Source of the DNA: an uncultured SAR86 cluster bacterium
GTDB taxonomy: Bacteria > Pseudomonadota > Gammaproteobacteria > Magnimaribacterales > D2472
NCBI GenBank assembly: GCA_902630885.1
Contig: CACOWI010000003.1
Span: forward strand, 64,939-128,938
Reading direction: 5' to 3'
DNA: 64,000 nucleotides
Part shown: in pieces, positions 47,857 through 56,297 of the stretch
How positions within the stretch are numbered: position 1 is the stretch's first letter
Layout: every line of letters begins with the position of its first letter
Notes under the pieces: model-generated
Databases searched by the model: none
Told to the model about the DNA's origin: nothing
Seen by the model: only the letters and a program-made list of their open reading frames with translations
Made by a program: the position numbers and the translations under genes

Positions 47857-47862
47857 TACTCT

Positions 47863-48726
47863 ATGGTTAAAAATAAGCTCTCAAGCCAGTTTTTATGTGT
47901 AGTAATTTACATAATATCTTTTTATTTATCTTACATTCTTACTCCAAAGGTAATTGAGAGCATTTGGCCTAAAATTTTAATATGGCATCTGTATGCAACT
48001 TTATTTATTTACATAGGAAGTGTAATTCTGAATAATTCAAGCTTGTATGATCCTTTTTGGTCGGTAGCACCGGTACCAATTGTAATTTATTTAGCTGTTG
48101 AATCAGATAATTCTATAACATTAGATTTGCTGGTTCTCATTCCTATTATTTTTTGGGCTGCAAGGCTAACTAGAAACTGGATTATTAGCTGGAGAGGTTT
48201 TGACCATGAAGATTTTAGATATATTGATCTAAAAAATACAAATAGGATAAATGCAGAATTTAGAAATTTCTTTGGAATACATTTATTTCCAACATTGATT
48301 GTTAATTTATGTCTTTATCCTCTTATATTTATATTTTCAAGTGATGCAGTTGTAACTCCTTTTTTATATATAGCATCTTTATTTACCTTTGTGTCTGTTG
48401 TACTTGAAACTCTTGCAGATGAGCAAATGAGAGAATTTAGACAAGATCCGTCGAACAAAGGCAAAACTATGAAATATAAATTATGGAAATATTCTAGACA
48501 TCCAAATTATCTTGGGGAAATTGGTTTTTGGTTTGGTATTTACTTTATGGGCATGAGCTCAGGCTTGGCTCCATTTTGGATTTTATTATGTCCTCTTTCT
48601 ATGCTAGCTCTTTTTGTATTTGCATCATGCCCTATGATGGATAATAGAAGTTTGAAAAATAGACCAGACTATAAAGAATATATGGACAAAACCTCTCAGC
48701 TTCTTTTATTACCACCAAAAAGTTAA
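47863..48726 (+). CDS. DUF1295 / steroid-5-alpha-reductase- and ICMT-like membrane protein
   Basis: Polytopic, with C-terminal motif YSRHPNYLGEIGFWFG. Track start TTG 47836 and ATG 47848 lie inside the hairpin, so I prefer ATG 47863. The start remains uncertain. Confidence 0.7.
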   Translation: MVKNKLSSQFLCVVIYIISFYLSYILTPKVIESIWPKILIWHLYATLFIYIGSVILNNSSLYDPFWSVAPVPIVIYLAVESDNSITLDLLVLIPIIFWAARLTRNWIISWRGFDHEDFRYIDLKNTNRINAEFRNFFGIHLFPTLIVNLCLYPLIFIFSSDAVVTPFLYIASLFTFVSVVLETLADEQMREFRQDPSNKGKTMKYKLWKYSRHPNYLGEIGFWFGIYFMGMSSGLAPFWILLCPLSMLALFVFASCPMMDNRSLKNRPDYKEYMDKTSQLLLLPPKS

Positions 48727-48758
48727 GTTTGAGATAACCATAATATTATGTAAAATTA

Positions 48759-49187
48759 ATGAACATGAATGATTCTAATATTGTACAAAAGTTTATATGG
48801 TTCTCTGAAAGAGCTATATTATTATCAATTGCACTAGCTACTTTATTTGCAACTGCTTCTGAAATTATAAGAATTATTGATGTTCAAGAAGTTAATCTAA
48901 GTGATTTATTTCTGTTATTTATTTATGCTGAAGTATTGGGAATGGTAGCTTCATTTTATGCAAATAATAGAATACCCGTAACATTGCCATTAATTATTGC
49001 CATGACTGCCCTTACAAGAATGATAATACTTCAGAGTAAGGATCTAAATGCGATTAATATTATTTATGAAGCCACAGGGATACTAATACTAGCGATATCT
49101 GCATACATAATGACTCTTAAGGACAAAATAAGTCTCAAAAAACTTTTGTTAAGAGAAAAGATAGATGAATCTGACATTCCAGATTAA
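48759..49187 (+). CDS. PsiE-like (phosphate-starvation-inducible E family) membrane protein
   Basis: 142 aa, 4 TM. LFIYAEVLGMVASFYANNRIPVTLPLIIAMTALTRMIILQ parallels E. coli PsiE [40 protein letters not shown] (recalled from memory). Confidence 0.5.
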   Translation: MNMNDSNIVQKFIWFSERAILLSIALATLFATASEIIRIIDVQEVNLSDLFLLFIYAEVLGMVASFYANNRIPVTLPLIIAMTALTRMIILQSKDLNAINIIYEATGILILAISAYIMTLKDKISLKKLLLREKIDESDIPD

Positions 49188-49196
49188 TTGAAACAA

Positions 49197-50120
49197 CTAA
49201 ATTTTTAATTCACTCATCGAATCACAGATCGAATTAAATTCTTTTACTATTTCGTCTATTATATGTTGTACAGGTTTTATTTCATCGATTAATCCAGATG
49301 ACTGACCAGATAAAGCAGGAGCTGCTTCCATATCACCTCCAAAATATAAATCTTTAATATTCATTAGAGCTGTCATGTCCATTTCACCCTTTTCATCAAT
49401 TTCTTTGGTTAAATCTGTTTTCAGTGCTCTAATCACTGGTTTTGATTTTTTATTTAAGATGTATGTGCCATCAATTCCAGAATTAATAATTTTATTTTTA
49501 AAATTATCATGAACTGGGCTCTCTTGACTTGAAACAAATCTTGTTCCCATTTGAATTCCCTCTGCGCCTGCAGCAAATACAGCAGCCATTCCAGCTCCAT
49601 CTGCAATACCACCTGCTGCAATTATTGGTAAGTCCAAATTTCGTTTTATAGATTGAATGAGAACTAAAAGACCAACCTCAATAGGACTTTTGAATCCTCC
49701 ACCTTCTGTTCCCTCAACAACCAGACCATCAACACCAGCGTTTGCTGCTTTAATTGCACCTTCTAGACTTGGAACAGCATGATAAACAGTTATCCCTGCA
49801 TCTTTTAATGTTCCAACATATTTTGTAGGATCGCCTGCAGAAGTAGTTACAAATTTAACACCCGATTCAACACAAAAATTAACCATTGAATCATCTTTAA
49901 GAAATAATAAAGGTAAATTAACTCCGAAGGGTTTATCAGTTAGTTTTGACATCAATTGAATTTCTTTTTTACAATTTTCAATTTCACCAGATGAAGTTTC
50001 TATTATTCCCATTCCACCTGCTTCACAAACTGCTGATGCAAGACGACTTCTTGCAATCCAGCCCATTGGAGCTTGAATAATAGGATATTTTGATCCGGTA
50101 TGTGCTGTAACTCTATTCAT
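49197..50120 (-). CDS. Nitronate monooxygenase / FabK-like FMN oxidoreductase (NMO family)
   Basis: KYPIIQAPMGWIA, AGGMGII and IIAAGGIADG, typical of the 2-nitropropane dioxygenase/NMO TIM-barrel family. Confidence 0.8.
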   Translation of the reverse strand: MNRVTAHTGSKYPIIQAPMGWIARSRLASAVCEAGGMGIIETSSGEIENCKKEIQLMSKLTDKPFGVNLPLLFLKDDSMVNFCVESGVKFVTTSAGDPTKYVGTLKDAGITVYHAVPSLEGAIKAANAGVDGLVVEGTEGGGFKSPIEVGLLVLIQSIKRNLDLPIIAAGGIADGAGMAAVFAAGAEGIQMGTRFVSSQESPVHDNFKNKIINSGIDGTYILNKKSKPVIRALKTDLTKEIDEKGEMDMTALMNIKDLYFGGDMEAAPALSGQSSGLIDEIKPVQHIIDEIVKEFNSICDSMSELKI

Positions 50121-50141
50121 TAGATAATTGTATATATAAAT

Positions 50142-51266
50142 TTATAAAATAGAATTCTTATCAAGGACTTTCTTTTCAACGCTAAATCCTTCAGGATTTC
50201 CATTAATAAAGTCAATGATTAGTTGAGCATACTCAGGTCCTGCCTCCTCTTGTACAAAGTGTCCTGGACCATTGATTACAACCTCATTTGCGGTTGGTAT
50301 TCTCTTTAATAACTCAACAATTTCTGGATTATTACCAGTAACAGGATCATTGTCTGAATTTGCAATTAAAAAAGGTTTATTCCACTTTTCTAAGACTTTT
50401 CTGTATGCCATTTCATTTTTTCTAATTTCACTTGGAATTAAATAAGGAAAAATTTGCGCTCCTGCTTTGTATGATGCATTTGGGTATGGAGCCTCATAAG
50501 CATAACTCTCTTCTTCAGAAACAGATCCAAGGACTCTCATAATTCCGCCAATATCGATATTATCTGTATAAGTTGAATATCTAATCCAATTTGTGAATCC
50601 ATCGCCTCCAACAAATTCTTCCCAGGTTGCCGGCCCCTGCAACCATATCGTAAATTTAAATATTGGCCATAATATATAACTTCGTAAATCATTTACAAAA
50701 CCTCTTCCAGTTGCGGGTAAGCTAGTGTTAGAAGCAATGATCCTATCAAATCTTTCTGGTTCTTCTGCTAAAACTCTTAATCCTACTGGACCACCCCAAT
50801 CATGAAAATGAGCAGTAATATTATTTAAATCTAATTCAACAATTAACTGAGTCATTTTATCTACATGCATTTGATGCGAGTAGTCACTTGTTAAAATATA
50901 TTTATCTGATTTGCCGAAGCCAACCATATCTGGTGCAATAACCCTAAACCCTTCGTTGACAAGTACTGGTATCATCTTTCTAAATAAATAACTCCATGTA
51001 GGCTCTCCGTGGAGTAGATAGATAACCTGACCATCTTTAGGTCCTTCATCAATATAATGGATTCTTGTATCGTCAATAGTTAAATAATTTGCTTTAAAGG
51101 GATAGTCTTTTAAGTTTTCAAATCTTTCATCGGGAGTTCTTAATATACCAGGTGAAACTAAATTAAATCTATCATAATTAATTGATGGTTCAGAGTTTCT
51201 TATATATAGAAATAGTCCTATACATATAACTAAAACAAAAAATAAAATTGAAAAAACTTTATTCAC
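50142..51266 (-). CDS. Haloalkane-dehalogenase-like alpha/beta hydrolase with N-terminal membrane anchor
   Basis: IHYIDEGPKDGQVIYLLHGEPTWSYLFRKMIPVL...APDMVGFGKSDK, nucleophile motif HFHDWGG, and His motif GPGHFVQEE. I place the start at GTG 51266 (SD GGAGA 7 nt upstream), which gives VNKVFSILFFVLVICIGLFLYI. Track start 51431 would overlap the divergent gene. Confidence 0.8.
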   Translation of the reverse strand: MNKVFSILFFVLVICIGLFLYIRNSEPSINYDRFNLVSPGILRTPDERFENLKDYPFKANYLTIDDTRIHYIDEGPKDGQVIYLLHGEPTWSYLFRKMIPVLVNEGFRVIAPDMVGFGKSDKYILTSDYSHQMHVDKMTQLIVELDLNNITAHFHDWGGPVGLRVLAEEPERFDRIIASNTSLPATGRGFVNDLRSYILWPIFKFTIWLQGPATWEEFVGGDGFTNWIRYSTYTDNIDIGGIMRVLGSVSEEESYAYEAPYPNASYKAGAQIFPYLIPSEIRKNEMAYRKVLEKWNKPFLIANSDNDPVTGNNPEIVELLKRIPTANEVVINGPGHFVQEEAGPEYAQLIIDFINGNPEGFSVEKKVLDKNSIL

Positions 51267-51301
51267 TAATATTCTCCAGTAATATAATAAAAGATAATAT
51301 A

Positions 51302-51320
51302 TTGACGTAATATATGTCAA
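51302..51320. promoter_or_regulatory. Imperfect 19-bp palindrome in the 67-nt divergent promoter gap
   Basis: TTGACGTAA-T-ATATGTCAA: TTGAC/GTCAA arms are perfect and 7 of 9 positions are symmetric. Candidate operator, or simply a -35-like TTGAC. Confidence 0.25.
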
Positions 51321-51333
51321 AGGTGTTTTAGTT

Positions 51334-51738
51334 ATGATTGTTAAAAATAAAGTTATACCAAATGAAGAACAAATAAATGGTTTTTTAGAGAATCCTGAAA
51401 TTGGCCCAATATCAATGGTTAATTTGCTCAAATATAAAGATAAAGCTATCTATGAGGATGGTCGTGATACAGATCTAACTGGAGAAGAAGCATATCGTCT
51501 TTATGCTGCGGAAGTTATAAATTTTGTTGAAAAATATGGAGGTGAGTTCATCTTTGCAGGTAAGGTTAGCAGATTGATGTTAGGTGAAGTTGAAGATTTA
51601 TGGGATGCTGTTGCAATTGCTAAATATCCTAGTAGAAAAGCAATGCTAGATATGACTATGGATCCAGGATATCAAAAGATTCATATTCATAGAGATGCTG
51701 GATTAGAAGGACAATTAAACATAGAAACTATTGATTAA
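51334..51738 (+). CDS. DUF1330 domain protein
   Basis: 134 aa. ISMVNLLKYKDKA...YGGEFIFAGKV...WDAVAIAKYPSRKAMLDMTMDPGYQ is the DUF1330 pattern. Confidence 0.7.
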   Translation: MIVKNKVIPNEEQINGFLENPEIGPISMVNLLKYKDKAIYEDGRDTDLTGEEAYRLYAAEVINFVEKYGGEFIFAGKVSRLMLGEVEDLWDAVAIAKYPSRKAMLDMTMDPGYQKIHIHRDAGLEGQLNIETID

Positions 51739-51744
51739 AAAATT

Positions 51745-52794
51745 ATGAAAAAGTTATTAATACTATTAAGTTCTGTTATTACAATTTATCTAATCGGCCT
51801 ATTGGCCTTAAATTCACATACCGTCCAAGATAGACTCCTAAAAATTGGTCTACAAAATATTGTCAATAACGAGAAATTTTTAGATAAAGAAGACAGCTTA
51901 AAAGTTGTTATTTGTGGTTCCAGGTCACCTCTTCCATCTCCTGGACGAGCAGAATCATGTGTTCTTGTAGAAGCTGGTGATGATATATATATTTTTGACA
52001 TGGGCAATGGGAGTATTAATAATCTTCAAGAATTTCAGGTTCCATGGACAAATGTTAAAGCAGTCTTAATTACTCATATGCACTCAGATCATATGGCAGA
52101 TTTACCTGATGCCCATCTTCAGTCTTGGGTTCAAGGAAGAAATGCACCATTAATGGTATATGGACCAGAAGGAATAAATCTTGTTACCAAAGGATTTGAG
52201 TTAGCATACTCAGCAGATTATCAGTATAGAAATGAACATCATGGTGATGAAATTTTACCAATGAGTGTATCTGGATTTAATGCAGTTGAAATAATTGATA
52301 ATGAATTAATTCCAAATGATACACCGGGATTAGAAATATTACCTTTTGTAGTAGATCACCATCCAGTAAATTCAGCTTTTGGTTTTAAAATATCCTACAA
52401 AGGAAGAACAGTTGTTATAAGTGGTGATACTATTAATGATGGGAGTGTCCAAAAGTATTCGCAAGACATAGATTTATTAATTCATTCTGCTATATCAATA
52501 GATATTGTTGAGAGGATGAGAAAAGTCTCCCCAACACCTCAATTAAACAAAATTCTATTAGATATACAGGATTATCACACCAGCATAGAGGAAGCAGGTG
52601 TAATTGCTAGAAGTGCGAATGTAAAACACCTACTTATTTACCATTCCATACCAACACCTCGGAATAATATTATGGAAAGAGTATTTTTTAGACCTATTGA
52701 GAATGTATTTAAAGACTATACACTTTCTGATGATGGAACAAGAGTTGTTATGCCGGTTGATAGTAGTGAAATTATTATTGATAAAATAAATTAA
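51745..52794 (+). CDS. MBL-fold metallo-hydrolase (RNase Z/ElaC-like subgroup) with N-terminal anchor or signal
   Basis: N-terminal hydrophobic segment. VVICGSRSPLPSPGRAESCVLVEAGDDIYIFDMGNG and the HxHxDH motif ITHMHSDHMADL. Confidence 0.8.
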   Translation: MKKLLILLSSVITIYLIGLLALNSHTVQDRLLKIGLQNIVNNEKFLDKEDSLKVVICGSRSPLPSPGRAESCVLVEAGDDIYIFDMGNGSINNLQEFQVPWTNVKAVLITHMHSDHMADLPDAHLQSWVQGRNAPLMVYGPEGINLVTKGFELAYSADYQYRNEHHGDEILPMSVSGFNAVEIIDNELIPNDTPGLEILPFVVDHHPVNSAFGFKISYKGRTVVISGDTINDGSVQKYSQDIDLLIHSAISIDIVERMRKVSPTPQLNKILLDIQDYHTSIEEAGVIARSANVKHLLIYHSIPTPRNNIMERVFFRPIENVFKDYTLSDDGTRVVMPVDSSEIIIDKIN

Positions 52795-53252
52795 TGGCAT
52801 TATTTCCAAATAAACTAAATAATGAATATCAAGGTTCAAAAATAGCAATTTATGGGCTTTACCCTATTTTTGCTTTATATATATTTAGATCACTTGTACA
52901 TTTTTTATCAGAAAATGCAGGTCTTGTTGGAATTGCAACTATAAAAGAACTTCCAATTATAGATACAATAGATCCTAATAACCTAGTTTATTTGTTTGCA
53001 TCACTTTGGGGAGCGACACAAGTATCATTAACTTTAATTTTATTAATTTTATTTATTAAATATAAAAGTCTCGTGCCACTAATATATATGATATGTCTTT
53101 TAGATCATTGCTTTAGATTGATTTCAGGCTATCTTCATCCTCTAACTCAAGATTATTATATAAATACGCCTCCAGGAGTTATAGGTAATATACCAATACT
53201 TATATACTTTATGTTAATGTTTTACTTATCTTTAAAAAAAGGAAATAACTAA
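52794..53252 (+). CDS. Hypothetical membrane protein (152 aa, about 4 TM)
   Basis: TAATG junction with the MBL gene. Hydrophobic segments IYGLYPIFALYIF, VSLTLILLILFI, LIYMICLL and IPILIYFMLMFYL. I recognise no family. Confidence 0.65.
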   Translation: MALFPNKLNNEYQGSKIAIYGLYPIFALYIFRSLVHFLSENAGLVGIATIKELPIIDTIDPNNLVYLFASLWGATQVSLTLILLILFIKYKSLVPLIYMICLLDHCFRLISGYLHPLTQDYYINTPPGVIGNIPILIYFMLMFYLSLKKGNN

Positions 53253-53253
53253 C

Positions 53254-53901
53254 GTGATAGATTTGTATTTTTCATATAGGAGTCCATATTCATATCTAAT
53301 ACTACCGAGGATGCTTAAGCTAAAGAATAAATATAAGGTAGATATAAATTTTAAAATTGTTTACCCAATAGCGATAAGGATGCCTGAGTGGTTTGATAAC
53401 AAAAATATATTCTTTTTTATCCCGTTCATGATGGATTTTAAAAAGAAGGCAAAAAAATTAAATATACCTTTAAATATGCCTTTAAAGCCAGATCCAATTA
53501 GGCAAAATACATTAACTGGAAAAATATCTGATCACCAGCCATATATATTTGATGTATGCCATATGGGTCAGCTAATGAGTAATAGAGGTAAAGGAATAGA
53601 ATTTGCTTATGAATTATCAACTTTAATTTGGACAGTAAAAGATTGGAATACTGATGATAAATTTAAGAATCTTTTAGCAGATTTTGGTGAAGACTTAGAT
53701 GAAGTAAGAGAATCTATGAAATTAAATGAAAAAAGTTTAGTTGAAGAGATTGAAATGAATCAATTAGATCAAAAGGAAGCTGGTCATCATGGTGTTCCAT
53801 TGAATGTTTACAAAGGTAAATATTATTTTGGTCAAGATGATCCATTTGAGGAATTAATCACTGAATTAATTAATGATGGAGTGATTCCAGATTTTGTATG
53901 A
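53254..53901 (+). CDS. 2-hydroxychromene-2-carboxylate isomerase / DsbA-like (kappa-GST-type) protein
   Basis: GTG start. IDLYFSYRSPYSYL N-terminal motif and C-terminal GHHGVPLNVYKGKYYFGQD, typical of the HCCA isomerase family. Confidence 0.7.
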   Translation: MIDLYFSYRSPYSYLILPRMLKLKNKYKVDINFKIVYPIAIRMPEWFDNKNIFFFIPFMMDFKKKAKKLNIPLNMPLKPDPIRQNTLTGKISDHQPYIFDVCHMGQLMSNRGKGIEFAYELSTLIWTVKDWNTDDKFKNLLADFGEDLDEVRESMKLNEKSLVEEIEMNQLDQKEAGHHGVPLNVYKGKYYFGQDDPFEELITELINDGVIPDFV

Positions 53902-54959
53902 AGGTATTAAGAACGCCTGATAAGTATTTTAAAAATATAAAGGGATATCCTTTTAATCCTATTTATACAAATATTATTGCCGAAGATGGCACTAAAATAA
54001 GAATTCATCATATAGATGAAGGTCCAAGCGATGGTCCAACTTTATTGGCTATGCATGGTCAACCTGTTTGGAGTTATTTATATTCTAAAATGATACCTAT
54101 TTTAAATAAATCAGGTATAAGAGTTATTGCTCCAGACCTTGTTGGATATGGTAAATCAGATAAACCAGCATCAAGAGAGGATTATAGTTATCAAAATCAA
54201 GTTGACTGGATGAATCAATGGCTTGTTGAAAATGATTTAAATAATTTAATATTTTTTGGTCAAGACTGGGGAGGATTAATTGGTCTAAGAATGATTGTAG
54301 ATAATCCAGATAGATTTATTAAAATATCTATGGGTAATACAGGATTACCATATATGCCTAATACTCCACAAAGTGTGATTGATGAAGTAAAAGAATTTAG
54401 AAAATCTAAACTTAAACTTACTCCACAAAGTATGTCAAAAGAAGTTAGTATGATGGATTCTGGTAAAACTCACCCTGCTTTAAAATTCATGTATTGGCAA
54501 AAATTTTGTTGGGATACTAAAAATCTTCCAGTTGGCTTATTGAATTCGTCAATGATGGAAAAAAAGCCAAGGAAAGAAATTAGAAACCATTATATTCTTC
54601 ATAAATTAGGTTTATCTAAAATATCACCTTATATGAGTGACTTAATGAAAGCTTATGAAGCGCCATTTCCATCTCCTATATATAAAATGGCGTGTAGAGC
54701 TATGCCAAGTCATGTACCAATTATTCCTGATAAATCATTAGAGGCTCAAAAGAAAGCAAGAGAATTCTTTAATAAAACTGAAAAACCATTTTTGTCTGTT
54801 TTTGCCGGTAATGACCCTATTACAAATAATATGGAACAAGATGTATTAAATATGGTTCCAAATGCTATTAAAGCTGAAAACATTGGTGGAGGTCATTTTT
54901 TTCAATGGACTAAAGCAAAAGAATTATCTAAAGTACTAGTTGATTTTATAAAAGATTAA
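53898..54959 (+). CDS. Haloalkane-dehalogenase-like alpha/beta hydrolase (soluble paralogue)
   Basis: [34 protein letters not shown]...[13 protein letters not shown], nucleophile FGQDWGG, and His motif GGGHFFQ. ATGA overlap with the preceding gene. Confidence 0.8.
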   Translation: MKVLRTPDKYFKNIKGYPFNPIYTNIIAEDGTKIRIHHIDEGPSDGPTLLAMHGQPVWSYLYSKMIPILNKSGIRVIAPDLVGYGKSDKPASREDYSYQNQVDWMNQWLVENDLNNLIFFGQDWGGLIGLRMIVDNPDRFIKISMGNTGLPYMPNTPQSVIDEVKEFRKSKLKLTPQSMSKEVSMMDSGKTHPALKFMYWQKFCWDTKNLPVGLLNSSMMEKKPRKEIRNHYILHKLGLSKISPYMSDLMKAYEAPFPSPIYKMACRAMPSHVPIIPDKSLEAQKKAREFFNKTEKPFLSVFAGNDPITNNMEQDVLNMVPNAIKAENIGGGHFFQWTKAKELSKVLVDFIKD

Positions 54960-54961
54960 AT

Positions 54962-55645
54962 ATGATTGAATTATATACATCCCCTACTCCAAATGGTCAT
55001 AAAGTATCTTGTACGTTAGAGGCCATGAATCTTGAATACAATGCAAAACTCGTAAATTTATCAGATGGAGATCAACACAAACCAGAGTTTTTAAAAATTA
55101 GTCCAAATGGAAGAATTCCTGCAATTATTGATAAAGGAAATAATAACTTACATATGTTTGAATCAGGAGCAATAATGATCTATCTTGCTGAAAAGACTGG
55201 GCTTTTAATGTCAAACGATCCTTTAAAAAAAGCAAAAGTTCTTGAGTGGCTTATGTTTCAAATGGGTGGTGTTGGTCCAATGATGGGTCAGGCAAACGTA
55301 TTTTTTAGATACTTCCCTGAAAAATTGCAGCCGGCAATAGACAGATATCAAAATGAAAGTAGAAGGCTTTTTGAGGTTCTTGATAAACATCTTAGTGATC
55401 ACGAATGGTTAGCAGGAGAATATTCTATAGCTGACATAGCCAATTGGTGCTGGGTCAGAACTCATAATTGGTCTGGAGTATCCACTGATGGTTTAAATAA
55501 TCTAGATAGATGGAAAAATGCTATGTATGATCAACCAGGTATGAAAAAAGGTATAAAGGTTCCTGTTCCAATTGAAAATCTTCTAAAGGATAAAGAAAAA
55601 CAAAAGGAATTTGTTAAAAATTCTGGGAAGATTGTTAAAACTTAA
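54962..55645 (+). CDS. Nu-class glutathione S-transferase (YfcG-like)
   Basis: [26 protein letters not shown]...[19 protein letters not shown] is colinear with E. coli YfcG. Confidence 0.8.
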   Translation: MIELYTSPTPNGHKVSCTLEAMNLEYNAKLVNLSDGDQHKPEFLKISPNGRIPAIIDKGNNNLHMFESGAIMIYLAEKTGLLMSNDPLKKAKVLEWLMFQMGGVGPMMGQANVFFRYFPEKLQPAIDRYQNESRRLFEVLDKHLSDHEWLAGEYSIADIANWCWVRTHNWSGVSTDGLNNLDRWKNAMYDQPGMKKGIKVPVPIENLLKDKEKQKEFVKNSGKIVKT

Positions 55646-55655
55646 GGAGAAGCCT

Positions 55656-56291
55656 ATGATTAAACTATACTTAACACCAGGTACCAGAGCAGGAAGAGTT
55701 GCATGGTTACTTGAAGAGCTTGAAATTGAGTATGAACTAGAAATATTACCTTTTACTAAAGAGGGATTAAAATCACCAGAACATAGAGCAAGGCATTCTT
55801 TGGGGAGAGTTCCAGTAATTGAAGATGGCAATGTTTCTATTTTTGAATCTGGAGCAATAATTCAATATATTCTTGATAAATATGGCGAGGGTAGACTCAA
55901 ACCTGATATAAATTCTGATCAATATCCATACTATCTTCAATGGTTTCATTTTTGTGAAGGGATGGTAATGCCTCCAATGAATCAAATTGTGGTTCAAACA
56001 GTGCTGCTTCCGCCTGACAGAAGAGATGAGACAGTTTTAAATCAAGCTAAAAATCTACTTTCCAAATCTTTATTGCCAGTTAACGAATTTTTAGATGGTA
56101 AAGATTACTTAATTGGTGAATTTTCAGCAGCTGATTGTATGTTAGGACATTCCTGTTTTATGGCAAATAGATTAGGTTGTGTAAGTGAAGATATGGTAAA
56201 TATAAAAAACTATGTTGCTAATATTGAATCTAGGGAGGCTTTTCAAAAAGCAATAAAGCTTGGCGAAGAAACAGGCAATCCAATTGGATAG
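55656..56291 (+). CDS. Glutathione S-transferase
   Basis: ATG 55656 preceded by SD AAGGAGA; track start 55611 overlaps the previous gene. MIKLYLTPGTRAGRVAWLLEEL...GRVPVIEDGNVSIFESGAIIQYI is a GST N-domain. Confidence 0.8.
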   Translation: MIKLYLTPGTRAGRVAWLLEELEIEYELEILPFTKEGLKSPEHRARHSLGRVPVIEDGNVSIFESGAIIQYILDKYGEGRLKPDINSDQYPYYLQWFHFCEGMVMPPMNQIVVQTVLLPPDRRDETVLNQAKNLLSKSLLPVNEFLDGKDYLIGEFSAADCMLGHSCFMANRLGCVSEDMVNIKNYVANIESREAFQKAIKLGEETGNPIG

Positions 56292-56297
56292 AATTTG

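Noticed and set aside
50142-51431. N-terminal extensions proposed by the ORF track (50142..51431, and likewise 507, 6631, 9929, 26048, 55611, 56295, 63036)
   Set aside because: In each case the longest ORF overlaps the neighbouring gene, or a hairpin, or starts at TTG. An internal ATG/GTG with an SD, or with colinearity to known orthologue N-termini, is available. These were treated as start-site overcalls, not as overlapping genes.
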